Of a DNA stretch of 64,000 bases, positions 1-8,077 are shown piece after piece. The stretch's first letter is position 1. Each line of letters opens with the position of its first letter. Both the position numbers and the translations under genes were made by a program. The stretch is from a virus (taxonomy: Duplodnaviria > Heunggongvirae > Uroviricota > Caudoviricetes): the IMG/VR virus record IMGVR_UViG_3300022660_000050, one strand, 5' to 3'. The notes under the pieces were generated by a model, which saw only the letters and a program-made list of their open reading frames with translations, did not search any database and was not told the origin of the DNA.

Positions 1-16
1 CCTTCCTTAGCGACCA
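1..16 (+). tRNA. probable 3' end of a tRNA truncated by the window edge
   Basis: Window starts ...CCTTCCTTAGCGACCA (CCA end) just upstream of a tRNA cluster; 5' part not visible. Confidence 0.35.
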
Positions 17-90
17 ATTTAATATGTATTTAAGACATTGAAACTGGTAAACACGCAGTTCAACTTTTTTGAAAGTTCTCCAAAAATATT

Positions 91-100
91 TGCTAAATTT
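91..100 (+). promoter_or_regulatory. class-B (putative late) promoter motif GCTAAATT
   Basis: TGCTAAATTT about 30 nt upstream of ATG 129; same motif in 8 other intergenic positions. Confidence 0.55.
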
Positions 101-128
101 AATGATGCAAATAAAGGAGATATTTAAA

Positions 129-590
129 ATGCGTACTGACTTGATTAATAAGAAAGAGCTAATTTTAGAATGGATTGCTGAAGAGCTCCCTAAGCGCGAA
201 ATGGCAAAACGTTTAGGCTGTAAGCAGGAAACACTTAATGCTTACTTAGCTAAAATGAATATTACATATTCCGGACAGCAGGCTAAAAAAGGTCAGCAAA
301 AGGGTAGTAATGTTTATAAAGATTCTTCTTACTATTTAGGTCCGAATGCGCTTCCCATTACTTCACATAAGTTAAAGTTAAAACTTATTCGTGACGGTTT
401 AAAAGAAGATAAGTGTGAGTACTGTGGAAATTCTCATTGGCTGGGTGTTAAGTTGCCTCTTGAGCTTCATCATGAAGATGGTAATCACTACAATAATGAG
501 CTTTCCAACTTAAAGATTGCTTGTCCAAATTGTCATGCAATTAAAGCACCTAATGCAGGTGCTGCAGCAGGTAGTTATACTACCTCTTAA
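129..590 (+). CDS. HNH endonuclease with N-terminal HTH-like region
   Basis: CEYCG...LELHHEDGNHYNNELSNLKIACPNCH; RBS AAGGAG before ATG 129 (track start 69 is over-extended). Confidence 0.9.
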   Translation: MRTDLINKKELILEWIAEELPKREMAKRLGCKQETLNAYLAKMNITYSGQQAKKGQQKGSNVYKDSSYYLGPNALPITSHKLKLKLIRDGLKEDKCEYCGNSHWLGVKLPLELHHEDGNHYNNELSNLKIACPNCHAIKAPNAGAAAGSYTTS

Positions 591-591
591 T

Positions 592-673
592 GCGGGATTG
601 GCGGAATGGCAGACGCGTATGGCTTAGGACCATATGTTAATTCGTGTGGGTTCAAGTCCCACATCCCGCACCA
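592..673 (+). tRNA. tRNA-Leu(TAG)
   Basis: Acceptor GCGGGAT/ATCCCGC, anticodon arm TATGG-CTTAGGA-CCATA, TTCAAGT T-loop, encoded CCA. Confidence 0.95.
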
Positions 674-678
674 AATAT

Positions 679-755
679 GGCGGTGTAGCTCAGTTGGTTA
701 GAGCGCCAGCCTGTCACGCTGGAGGTCAGGGGTTCGAGCCCCCTTACCGTCGCCA
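679..755 (+). tRNA. tRNA-Asp(GTC)
   Basis: Anticodon arm CCAGC-CTGTCAC-GCTGG, TTCGAGC T-loop, CCA. Confidence 0.95.
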
Positions 756-877
756 AGTTACTTACCGTTGCGTTATAAACGGTTGTATAGATCTTGTTAA
801 AGTTGCAGACTATACGGAAACAATAACAACCACCACCTGCTTGGTGTGACTCTTTATAGGGATGCAGAAGCTTATAT

Positions 878-953
878 TCCTCGATAGCTCAGTCGGCAGA
901 GCGCGTGACTGTTAATCATGATGTCGCAGGTTCGAGCCCTGCTCGGGGAGCCA
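878..953 (+). tRNA. tRNA-Asn(GTT)
   Basis: Anticodon arm CGTGA-CTGTTAA-TCATG, TTCGAGC T-loop, CCA. Confidence 0.95.
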
Positions 954-1176
954 GTAAGGTTAATGAGAAATCCTAAGTAAATTGCAATTACTAAAAACTC
1001 TGCGAGATGCGAAACTCCCGAACTCTGCTACATTAAAGAGGGAAGAAAAAGCCGTTCCTGGGGTCCTGAAAAACGTTAAATACAGTTGACTGTGAATATG
1101 GTATATGTAGATACTATATTCGACCTTTTTTCCGATGGGTTTTGGGTCATAAATAATTATAAACTCCCAAAAATAT

Positions 1177-1251
1177 GGCGCCTTGGTCAAGCGGTTAAGA
1201 CACCGCCCTTTCACGGCGGTAACACGGGTTCGATTCCCGTAGGCGTCACCA
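1177..1251 (+). tRNA. tRNA-Glu(TTC)
   Basis: Anticodon arm CCGCC-CTTTCAC-GGCGG, TTCGATT T-loop, CCA. Confidence 0.95.
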
Positions 1252-1315
1252 TAAAAATAAAATAAAATAAATATCGTATAATATAATATAAAAATTATTT
1301 AGGAGATATTTTAAA

Positions 1316-1495
1316 ATGACCCATTTTCAGTTTGAATTAATTTGTAAGATTATTGAGAGCGGCGCGCCTGCTCTGGCTAATGAGCTTTGCGGCGCTTTAG
1401 CTAGTTTAGTTCAGTCGTACAATACTGTAGTGGTAGAAAATGAGCAACTTAAGACTCAAACTACTTCTGCACCTGCTGTAGAAGTAACAGAATAA
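1316..1495 (+). CDS. hypothetical 59-aa protein (MTHFQFELICKII...), not in ORF track
   Basis: AGGAG RBS, class-A promoter motif at about 1273, open frame to TAA 1493-1495. Confidence 0.7.
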   Translation: MTHFQFELICKIIESGAPALANELCGALASLVQSYNTVVVENEQLKTQTTSAPAVEVTE

Positions 1496-1510
1496 TTTAA
1501 AATATAATTA

Positions 1511-1792
1511 AGAGCTTGTGCTTATTTCTTTGAAATATAATTGATATTTAGTAAAGTAGCCAAGCCAATTATATAAAATAGAGCCTATACTTATTTCTTA
1601 TGATATTTAAAAGGGTAAATAGTAAAGACAGTTAGGCCAAATTTTATTTGCTAAATTAAAAAGAGCTCGTACTTATTTCTAATACTAACAAAAGACTTCG
1701 GCCGGGTATCTATATATCCTTCTGGAATATAGAGGTAGCCTGGCATACATAAATAGTCGAGCCTATTTTTTCTAGAACCTATGCTTATTTCT
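1511..1792 (+). repeat. four 19-bp imperfect direct repeats AGARCYYRTRCTTATTTCT
   Basis: Copies at 1511-1529, 1580-1598, 1662-1680, 1774-1792; gaps 50, 63, 93 nt. Confidence 0.85.
1649..1658 (+). promoter_or_regulatory. class-B motif TGCTAAATTA
   Basis: Exact motif, upstream of hairpins and tRNA-Met/Thr. Confidence 0.45.
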
Positions 1793-1880
1793 TAAAGAAG
1801 GTAATGCGTGGAGACGATTATCAGTCGTCCTGGCTGACTGTCGTAATCCACATCAAATAGTATTTAGCTAGGTCATATAT

Positions 1881-1957
1881 CGCGGGATGATGCAGAGGTC
1901 AGCAATCCAGGCTCATAACCTGAGAAGTCGTAGGTTCGAATCCTACTCCCGCAACCA
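1881..1957 (+). tRNA. tRNA-Met(CAT), initiator-like C1:A72 mismatch
   Basis: CGCGGGA/TCCCGCA, loop CTCATAA, TTCGAAT T-loop, CCA; atypical D arm. Confidence 0.88.
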
Positions 1958-1962
1958 AATAT

Positions 1963-2037
1963 GCTGGCGTGGCTCAACGGTAGAGCAGCTGACTTGTAAT
2001 CAGCAGGTTGGGGGTTCGATTCCCTTCGCCAGCTCCA
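1963..2037 (+). tRNA. tRNA-Thr(TGT)
   Basis: Anticodon arm GCTGA-CTTGTAA-TCAGC, TTCGATT T-loop, CCA. Confidence 0.95.
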
Positions 2038-2042
2038 TACTT

Positions 2043-2086
2043 AAGAGGAAAGTTATTCAGTTTTGAGTGACTTTTCTCTTTTTTTT
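2043..2086 (+). terminator. intrinsic terminator after tRNA cluster
   Basis: AAGAGGAAAGTTA...TGACTTTTCTCTT hairpin followed by T-run. Confidence 0.75.
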
Positions 2087-2130
2087 ATCGTATATTATAA
2101 TAGTAATTATTTATATAAAGGAGATTTATT

Positions 2131-2700
2131 TTGACTACCCCTATTCCAGAAATCAAAGCAGCCTATCAGCACACTAAGGCTGGAACATTTTTATTTAATT
2201 TGTGTGCTATTTGGACTAAGTTCCTTGTGAAACATCAAAAACTATACTATATTCTTGCTTGCACTTGGGGCTTTATCATGACCTTGGTTGGCGCAGTTAT
2301 TTCAGGAGCGCTTTATCTAGTAAAGCTGTGCTCGTTCGGAAAGGTAAAGATCACTTTTAAGCCTTATCATTGGATTTATAGCATTTCTGTTGGTCCTGAC
2401 TCTTGGGGAGGCTTTGAGTGCGGTCTTTGTTTCTTGAGAGACCATAAGTCTCGTGGTGCTCTTGATGCTCATGAATTTGGTCATACTTTCCAAAATTGCT
2501 TGTTTGGTCCACTATTTCCATTTATTGTTGGTCTGCCCTCGGTAACCTGGTACCATACACGTAATGCAAAGCCTGTTAAAGAAAGAAAGCCTTATGATTC
2601 AATGTGGTTCGAGGACGCAGCAACTCAGTGTGGTTTGTATGTAATTAGAACTTTGAATGCAACAGCAGTTGCGGCTATTGAAGATAAGAAGGAGATTTAA
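2131..2700 (+). CDS. membrane protein with HExxH (zincin-like) motif
   Basis: Hydrophobic segments, AHEFGH motif, TTG start with AAGGAG RBS. Confidence 0.6.
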   Translation: MTTPIPEIKAAYQHTKAGTFLFNLCAIWTKFLVKHQKLYYILACTWGFIMTLVGAVISGALYLVKLCSFGKVKITFKPYHWIYSISVGPDSWGGFECGLCFLRDHKSRGALDAHEFGHTFQNCLFGPLFPFIVGLPSVTWYHTRNAKPVKERKPYDSMWFEDAATQCGLYVIRTLNATAVAAIEDKKEI

Positions 2701-3278
2701 TGGCAGAGCTAATTTTTTATACAGGCCCTATGGGCAGTTCTAAAACAGCTCATGCTCTAATGACAAATTTTCAATATACTGAAAAAGGTAAGAATGTTTG
2801 GTTGATTAAGCCTGAGATTGACACCAGAGAAGAAATGCAGTATGACAATGGTAAAGCAATTAAAACATTAATTAGGTCCAGGGTTGGAATTAGCGCTTGG
2901 GCTGATGCAATCAGTGCTACTGACAAGTTAGTTCCGCCAGAAGGAACTAATACTGTTATATGTGATGAAGCACAGTTTCTTACAAAAGCACAGGTAGAAG
3001 AACTTAAGATTCTTGCTGATGAAAAAGATATTCAGGTGCTCTGTTATGGTTTAAGAACGGACTTTACCTCTCATTTGTTTGAGGGCTCTAAAAGATTATT
3101 TGAGCTTGCAAGTATTATTAAAGATATTCCAGTTATATGTGACTGCGGTAACTTTGCTGTTATTAATGCACGTATTAAAGATGGTAGTATAGTAACAGAG
3201 GGCGATCAAGTTGATATTGGCGGAAATGATAAATACAGAGCATTCTGCTATGCTTGCTGGAGGAAATATAGTAAATGA
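2700..3278 (+). CDS. tdk: thymidine kinase
   Basis: GPMGSSKT P-loop, DEAQF, YGLRTDF, lasso GGNDKY, Zn ligands CDCG and CYAC. Confidence 0.95.
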   Translation: MAELIFYTGPMGSSKTAHALMTNFQYTEKGKNVWLIKPEIDTREEMQYDNGKAIKTLIRSRVGISAWADAISATDKLVPPEGTNTVICDEAQFLTKAQVEELKILADEKDIQVLCYGLRTDFTSHLFEGSKRLFELASIIKDIPVICDCGNFAVINARIKDGSIVTEGDQVDIGGNDKYRAFCYACWRKYSK

Positions 3279-3496
3279 AAAATTGGACGATGTGCATTAT
3301 AGCTTCAATAGTCTGCAGGCTACTCGCCATCGTGGCCGTTCTTGCTTTTGTATACTTTATGGTAGTACTTACCGGAAGCCTTGGCTGCCTCTGGCTGCTA
3401 TTTTTGCTTCTAGCGGTGGAGCTAGTTCCTACCTACGAATTTAAACATAAAACTTCCGATGAGGAAGATACTAAGGAGAAAAATAATGGCAATTAA
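3275..3496 (+). CDS. small membrane protein
   Basis: Two hydrophobic helices, coupled to tdk stop. Confidence 0.7.
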   Translation: MKNWTMCIIASIVCRLLAIVAVLAFVYFMVVLTGSLGCLWLLFLLLAVELVPTYEFKHKTSDEEDTKEKNNGN

Positions 3497-4154
3497 AATT
3501 ACTAAACCAGGTCAGAAAGAATTCCACGCATTTTGCAAGTGGTGTGGTTGTGAATTCACATATGAAATCTCTGACTTAAAGCTTTCTGCAACTTCTGATA
3601 AGGTAAGTTGTCCTACCTGTGGTAAGGATTATCATCATCAAAGTATGGTTCAGGACCCTACTATTCCTGGCGGTATTGGCTATCAGTGGCCGTCAGACAG
3701 CACTGACCCTTGTGCGGGCTGTGTTTGGAGAGAGAACTTGTTAAGAGACGGTATTTATGTAGGAGATACTCCTTGTACTTGGTGTAATAAGAATAAGTTT
3801 AATAGTATTACTTGCACGCAGCCCCGCTTGAACGACTATACTACTCCCTGTGTTAGTGAGTTGGACACTTACTTGACTACTTCTACCTCAAGTGAGCTTA
3901 ATGGTACTAAGTATACTACTGCTCACAATTGCTCTGACGACGTAGCAAATGGCGAAGTAATGAAAACTATCTTGAGTTGTTGTGAGGCTAATACCAACGG
4001 CATCGCGACGAATAATACTGGGTATAGCCCTAAAAATGGCTCGTCAACACCACCAGCTCCTCCGACATCTGGATCTAACGCTGTAAAGAGCTGTAATTCT
4101 TGCTCTGGCGAGCATAAATGCAACGGTAAGAAAAACTGTAAGGGTAAGCATTAA
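3486..4154 (+). CDS. cysteine-rich Zn-binding protein
   Basis: CKWC, CPTC, CAGC, CTWC, CNSC motifs; RBS AAGGAG before ATG 3486. Confidence 0.7.
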   Translation: MAIKITKPGQKEFHAFCKWCGCEFTYEISDLKLSATSDKVSCPTCGKDYHHQSMVQDPTIPGGIGYQWPSDSTDPCAGCVWRENLLRDGIYVGDTPCTWCNKNKFNSITCTQPRLNDYTTPCVSELDTYLTTSTSSELNGTKYTTAHNCSDDVANGEVMKTILSCCEANTNGIATNNTGYSPKNGSSTPPAPPTSGSNAVKSCNSCSGEHKCNGKKNCKGKH

Positions 4155-4185
4155 AGCTCAATATAAGCGAAATTTAGGCTATCTA

Positions 4186-4215
4186 GGAAGGCATTGAAAT
4201 ATATGCCTTCTTTTT
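4186..4215 (+). terminator. intrinsic terminator
   Basis: GGAAGGCAT/ATGCCTTCT stem plus T-run. Confidence 0.75.
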
Positions 4216-4284
4216 ATTAAAAATATTGAAATCGGCAATATTTGTATTGTATAATATAATATAACAATTATGGAGGAATTTATT

Positions 4285-4518
4285 ATGTATGATTCTATGG
4301 TTCGCGATGTTCTTAAGGAGTGGAAGGATGATGCTAAGGTAAGCCATCTTATGCTTTACAGTCTTAGAAAGAATGTGCTTACTATTTATACGGATCGTCC
4401 AGGTCCGCTTATTGGCTGCAGAGGTGAGAGAATTGCTCGCTATCAGGAAAAGCTTAAGGCGCTTCCTATTTATCACATTGAGGAAGTAAGACTTGAAGAA
4501 ACTCATGGAATTTTTTAA
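4285..4518 (+). CDS. stand-alone type II KH domain protein resembling ribosomal protein S3 N-domain
   Basis: LTIYTDRPGPLIGCRGERIARYQEKL matches the S3 KH signature (T.RPG..IG..G..I..L). Confidence 0.7.
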   Translation: MYDSMVRDVLKEWKDDAKVSHLMLYSLRKNVLTIYTDRPGPLIGCRGERIARYQEKLKALPIYHIEEVRLEETHGIF

Positions 4519-4526
4519 AGTGCTTT

Positions 4527-4697
4527 ATGGAATTTAAAGTCGGAGATATGGTAGAAGCCTATAATGGATACATTATCGGTTGGATTACTTATATTAATTA
4601 TCAGAAAGAAGAAGCCGATGTTGAATGGGACGAAGGCAATTTTGATTATAACTGTACCGTTGTACCTTTTAAATATTTAAAGAAAGTGGAGATTTAA
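4527..4697 (+). CDS. hypothetical 56-aa protein (MEFKVGDMVEAY...), SH3/KOW-like start; not in ORF track
   Basis: Open frame filling the gap between neighbours. Confidence 0.6.
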   Translation: MEFKVGDMVEAYNGYIIGWITYINYQKEEADVEWDEGNFDYNCTVVPFKYLKKVEI

Positions 4698-4699
4698 CT

Positions 4700-5020
4700 A
4701 TGAAATCAACTGGAATTGTAAGAAGAATTGATGACCTTGGAAGAGTAGTTATTCCTAAGGAAGTAAGACGCACTATGCGCCTTAAGGAAGGCGACCCTCT
4801 TGAGCTTTTTATGGAAGGAGAATACGTTTGTTTTAGAAGGTATTCTACTGAGCCGGAGCTTAAGGGTGCAATTGAGGGTCTGCACGCAGTTATTTATGGA
4901 GAAGCTAGTCCCGTTGAAGACCTTCCTGAAGAACAGGCCGCTTCTATTAAGGCTCTGCTTCACGTACTTGAGCGAGACCTTAAAGAATACATTTTTGATA
5001 AGGAGCCCACTAATGGCTAA
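4700..5020 (+). CDS. AbrB/SpoVT-family transcription regulator
   Basis: MKSTGIVRRIDDLGRVVIPKEVRRTMRLKEGDPLE is the AbrB/SpoVT N-domain signature. Confidence 0.92.
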   Translation: MKSTGIVRRIDDLGRVVIPKEVRRTMRLKEGDPLELFMEGEYVCFRRYSTEPELKGAIEGLHAVIYGEASPVEDLPEEQAASIKALLHVLERDLKEYIFDKEPTNG

Positions 5021-5303
5021 TAATGATATGATTGCTGTTAAGGAAGCAGCTCTTGAAAAGGCGCGAAACGAGCTTAGCTATGCTTTTCATCTTGAAGACT
5101 GTGGTAAAAATGCCGGTATTAGAAAGATGAATGCTAATAAAGCTGATTGGCTTAAGTGGGTTGTTTATCTTGCAGAGCTCGGGCTTGAGACTGAAAAGTA
5201 TTTAAGCGAGCCTACTACAATGGCAGTGCCCGAGGAGCCTAAGACAGATTATGAAAAAGCTCGTATACTTTTCCAAATGATTAAAGATAATCCTGTAAAT
5301 TAA
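5013..5303 (+). CDS. hypothetical protein
   Basis: AAGGAG RBS before ATG 5013 (track start 4800 over-extended). Confidence 0.65.
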   Translation: MANNDMIAVKEAALEKARNELSYAFHLEDCGKNAGIRKMNANKADWLKWVVYLAELGLETEKYLSEPTTMAVPEEPKTDYEKARILFQMIKDNPVN

Positions 5304-5375
5304 AATAAATTTCTAAAGTATCATAAAAATAAGACTTCCTGTATTGTATTATAATATAGGAAGTTTTTACTATTT

Positions 5376-5960
5376 ATGGAGGATTTTTATATGGTTACTA
5401 TGGAAATGTATTTTGACAAAGAGACTTTTGAGCCTGGAAAGAATTATTTTTCTATTGAAAAGGTAAAATGTAGTAGACCGCGAACTGAACCTGAAACACA
5501 CCTTCGTGAGCAGGCATATAAATGGAGCTGTATTGGATTTCGCTGTATCGGTTGGGGATGTATGATTGGCTTAATCTTTATGATTACTTTCAGTGTTCTC
5601 GCCGCTTGCTTTAGTAGCTGGTTTTATGCTGGAACAGCTGTTGGTGCTATTCTTTTTGTTGGTGGCATTATTTTTGCTAATGCTGTTTGCTGGCCCACTG
5701 AACAGAAATATTCAGAAGAGCTTATGGACTACCGACGAGAGCATGAAGAAGAGCTTTGGGCAGAGGCTACTAAAGACTTGAAGGCGTATAATGAAGAGCA
5801 GAAAAAGATTGCTGAGGCTTGGAGAGCGGCACATCCGCTTGAGGAGAAGATTAGAGCCTGTATTAAGGATCCTATGTCAAGTGTAGACATTGCCAACCTG
5901 GCTCGTTACTATGCAGAGGTTTATATTAAGGAGGGCGGTTCACATGAAACTATGGATTGA
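5376..5960 (+). CDS. hypothetical membrane protein (2 TM plus coiled coil)
   Basis: Hydrophobic stretch in the middle third, charged C-terminal half. Confidence 0.65.
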   Translation: MEDFYMVTMEMYFDKETFEPGKNYFSIEKVKCSRPRTEPETHLREQAYKWSCIGFRCIGWGCMIGLIFMITFSVLAACFSSWFYAGTAVGAILFVGGIIFANAVCWPTEQKYSEELMDYRREHEEELWAEATKDLKAYNEEQKKIAEAWRAAHPLEEKIRACIKDPMSSVDIANLARYYAEVYIKEGGSHETMD

Positions 5961-6279
5961 TGATGTTAGACCTGCACCAGAAGGCTATATTTGGTGTAAG
6001 TCGACTTTGAATGCACTTCACACCATTTATCATAATGCTGATGATATCGAAGAAATTGCCCTTGATCATGATGCTGGTGACTATGCTTTTGAGGGCGGCG
6101 ACTTTATTGAAGTTCTTAAAGAGCTTGAGAGACTATGCCGCTCTGGTAATGCACTAAAGCGTGCATATTGGTTGGAACACTGTATTAACTATAGATTTTC
6201 TTTACATTCAGCTAACCCGGTTGGAGTTGCTAACATGAGAGCTATTATTCAAGCAAATGGCTGGAAGGAGATAAGATAA
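5944..6279 (+). CDS. cyclic-phosphate-processing receiver-like domain protein
   Basis: MKLWIDDVRPAP, LDHDAG, LHSANPVG motifs. Confidence 0.75.
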   Translation: MKLWIDDVRPAPEGYIWCKSTLNALHTIYHNADDIEEIALDHDAGDYAFEGGDFIEVLKELERLCRSGNALKRAYWLEHCINYRFSLHSANPVGVANMRAIIQANGWKEIR

Positions 6280-6473
6280 TGAAGAAAATTAAAATATTCA
6301 AAAACCATGAAGAACATTGTGTAAATCCGTCCGGTTCGAGCTATATCACTGCAACTTGGGCTTGCGATGAGGTGGAAAAATTTATTAATCGTAAAGATAT
6401 TAAAGTTTTGTCTATTCATTATGCTGGCGGGTCTAATGACGCTATTATGGTTGTATATGAGGAGATACTATAA
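6279..6473 (+). CDS. hypothetical protein
   Basis: TAATG-coupled ORF. Confidence 0.6.
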   Translation: MKKIKIFKNHEEHCVNPSGSSYITATWACDEVEKFINRKDIKVLSIHYAGGSNDAIMVVYEEIL

Positions 6474-6643
6474 TGTTTAAAATTATGGATTCAGAAAAGC
6501 TTTTTATTCCAGTAAAGTCGGGTTTTCCTACTGCTGCCAATGCTTACGATTGGGCTAAAAAGAACTTAGGCAAGGATAGTTGTCATCCTTGGGGAATGGG
6601 TAAGGTCGGTACAAGGTATAGATATTTTATACAGTCATATTAA
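6473..6643 (+). CDS. hypothetical 56-aa protein (MFKIMDSEKL...), not in ORF track
   Basis: TAATG-coupled, RBS GAGGAG. Confidence 0.55.
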   Translation: MFKIMDSEKLFIPVKSGFPTAANAYDWAKKNLGKDSCHPWGMGKVGTRYRYFIQSY

Positions 6644-6652
6644 GGAGATAAG

Positions 6653-7129
6653 ATGAGTAAAGTTGTTAGGCCACCTTTTACTTGGCCGACCCTTATACAT
6701 GATTTTAATGCAAAGACAGTAAAAGTTCATGATGTCTTGGCTTATCGAGAAGACCGTGTAAAGAAACTTAAAAAGAAATATACAACTAAAGAAGAATTTG
6801 CAGATGCTCTGAAGTTAGAGCTTCAGTGGCAATATTGGTCGCGCGCTGAGTATGAGATGATTCTTTATATTGAAGACAATAGAGTATATCTTGAACCTTG
6901 GTGTGGAATCTTTAGAGAAGGTAAAATTGATATTACAGATGACCAGATACTTAACTGGCCAGCTTTTGCTAAGAAGATGTTGAGCGAGCACGCTTGGCAC
7001 GACAAAGAAAATAATCGTGATTATGTAAAATTTGATATCTTTGATCAGCTAATGTTCAGATTTGACGAGATAGTAGATTTTACTTGGAATTATAGACATA
7101 AATATCAGAGAATAAAGAAGGAGATTTAA
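6653..7129 (+). CDS. hypothetical protein
   Basis: AAGGAG RBS, 158 aa. Confidence 0.7.
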   Translation: MSKVVRPPFTWPTLIHDFNAKTVKVHDVLAYREDRVKKLKKKYTTKEEFADALKLELQWQYWSRAEYEMILYIEDNRVYLEPWCGIFREGKIDITDDQILNWPAFAKKMLSEHAWHDKENNRDYVKFDIFDQLMFRFDEIVDFTWNYRHKYQRIKKEI

Positions 7130-7131
7130 AA

Positions 7132-7359
7132 ATGAGAGTAAAAATTCAGCTTGATACTATTACCGATATTGGTAATTTTGTAGTTGCAGTTTCCCACGCA
7201 ACCAGTAAAAATGATAAGGTATATGTAACTGACGGTGATCGTTGTTGCATTAATGCAAAGTCTTTCCTTGGCCTTGTTGCTGCTAGAGACTTTGACGAGC
7301 TTTGGTGCGAGTCTGACAAGGACATCTATTCCAGTATTAAGACATTTACTATTGATTAA
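7132..7359 (+). CDS. HPr-like protein lacking His15 region
   Basis: INAKSFLGL (Ser46 motif), HPr size; no GLHARP motif. Confidence 0.75.
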   Translation: MRVKIQLDTITDIGNFVVAVSHATSKNDKVYVTDGDRCCINAKSFLGLVAARDFDELWCESDKDIYSSIKTFTID

Positions 7360-7421
7360 CGTTTATATTTATAAACAAAACTGAGCTTTTCGTTTAAAAT
7401 AATAAACATTAGGAGATAATT

Positions 7422-7832
7422 ATGAAAGAACTTTTAGAACTTGTTGCGGCAAATCCTGACCTGCCTATTGTGGCTATGGTAAATGGTGAAGTTTGTTGGG
7501 ATGATAGTTGTTATTGGATGGCGAGCTTTTCTGCTGCAAGTATTGAGTCAGTCGGTCTTATCGGTGACCATTGGTATGACGATAAGGATAGCTTTACTGA
7601 AGTATATTACGACAAGTACGCAGATGAGCTTTGTGAGAAGTTTAATTATGAGCCCAGGTGCTGTGCTGTAAGTGTAGAGCGTGGAGAGTACACTCAGGAG
7701 CAATTTGCTGCTAACTGCCTTGCAGAAGCAGAACTTGAGAAGTACCTTGATGAAATGGCTGCAAAGTATATGAAAAGATGTATTGTTGTGTATGTAGACG
7801 CACCTGATATGAGTGAATGGAAGGAAGCATAA
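7422..7832 (+). CDS. hypothetical protein
   Basis: AGGAG RBS, 136 aa. Confidence 0.7.
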   Translation: MKELLELVAANPDLPIVAMVNGEVCWDDSCYWMASFSAASIESVGLIGDHWYDDKDSFTEVYYDKYADELCEKFNYEPRCCAVSVERGEYTQEQFAANCLAEAELEKYLDEMAAKYMKRCIVVYVDAPDMSEWKEA

Positions 7833-8077
7833 TGAGAGAATTCACTTATGGAGAGCTTAAACAGGGGCTTATTTGCTGTACAGTTTATAGAAATTGTAGT
7901 GGTTGTCCTTTGTATATGGGACCCGAGAAGGGACCACATGAGGAGTGTACCTATCAGCTTATGTCAGCAGCTATGAACTGTATTAATGTTATGGAAAAAG
8001 ACCTTGCTGACGCAAATAAAAGAGCTAACGATTGGGAAGAGTTTGCTCGAAATATGAGTAAAGAGAGGGATATGTAA
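7832..8077 (+). CDS. hypothetical protein (CxxxxxCxxC motif, coiled-coil C-terminus)
   Basis: TAATG-coupled. Confidence 0.6.
   Translation: MREFTYGELKQGLICCTVYRNCSGCPLYMGPEKGPHEECTYQLMSAAMNCINVMEKDLADANKRANDWEEFARNMSKERDM

Noticed and set aside
756-1176. ncRNAs in the long tRNA spacers (11-bp hairpin near 1093-1120, AACTC repeats)
   Set aside because: Only isolated hairpins; not enough support to call a gene.
634-1214. Track ORFs 634-849 (+) and 960-1214 (-)
   Set aside because: Overlap tRNA genes; no RBS or protein motifs.
1511-1792. CRISPR array
   Set aside because: Repeats only 19 bp and degenerate, gaps 50-93 nt and uneven, no cas genes in the window.
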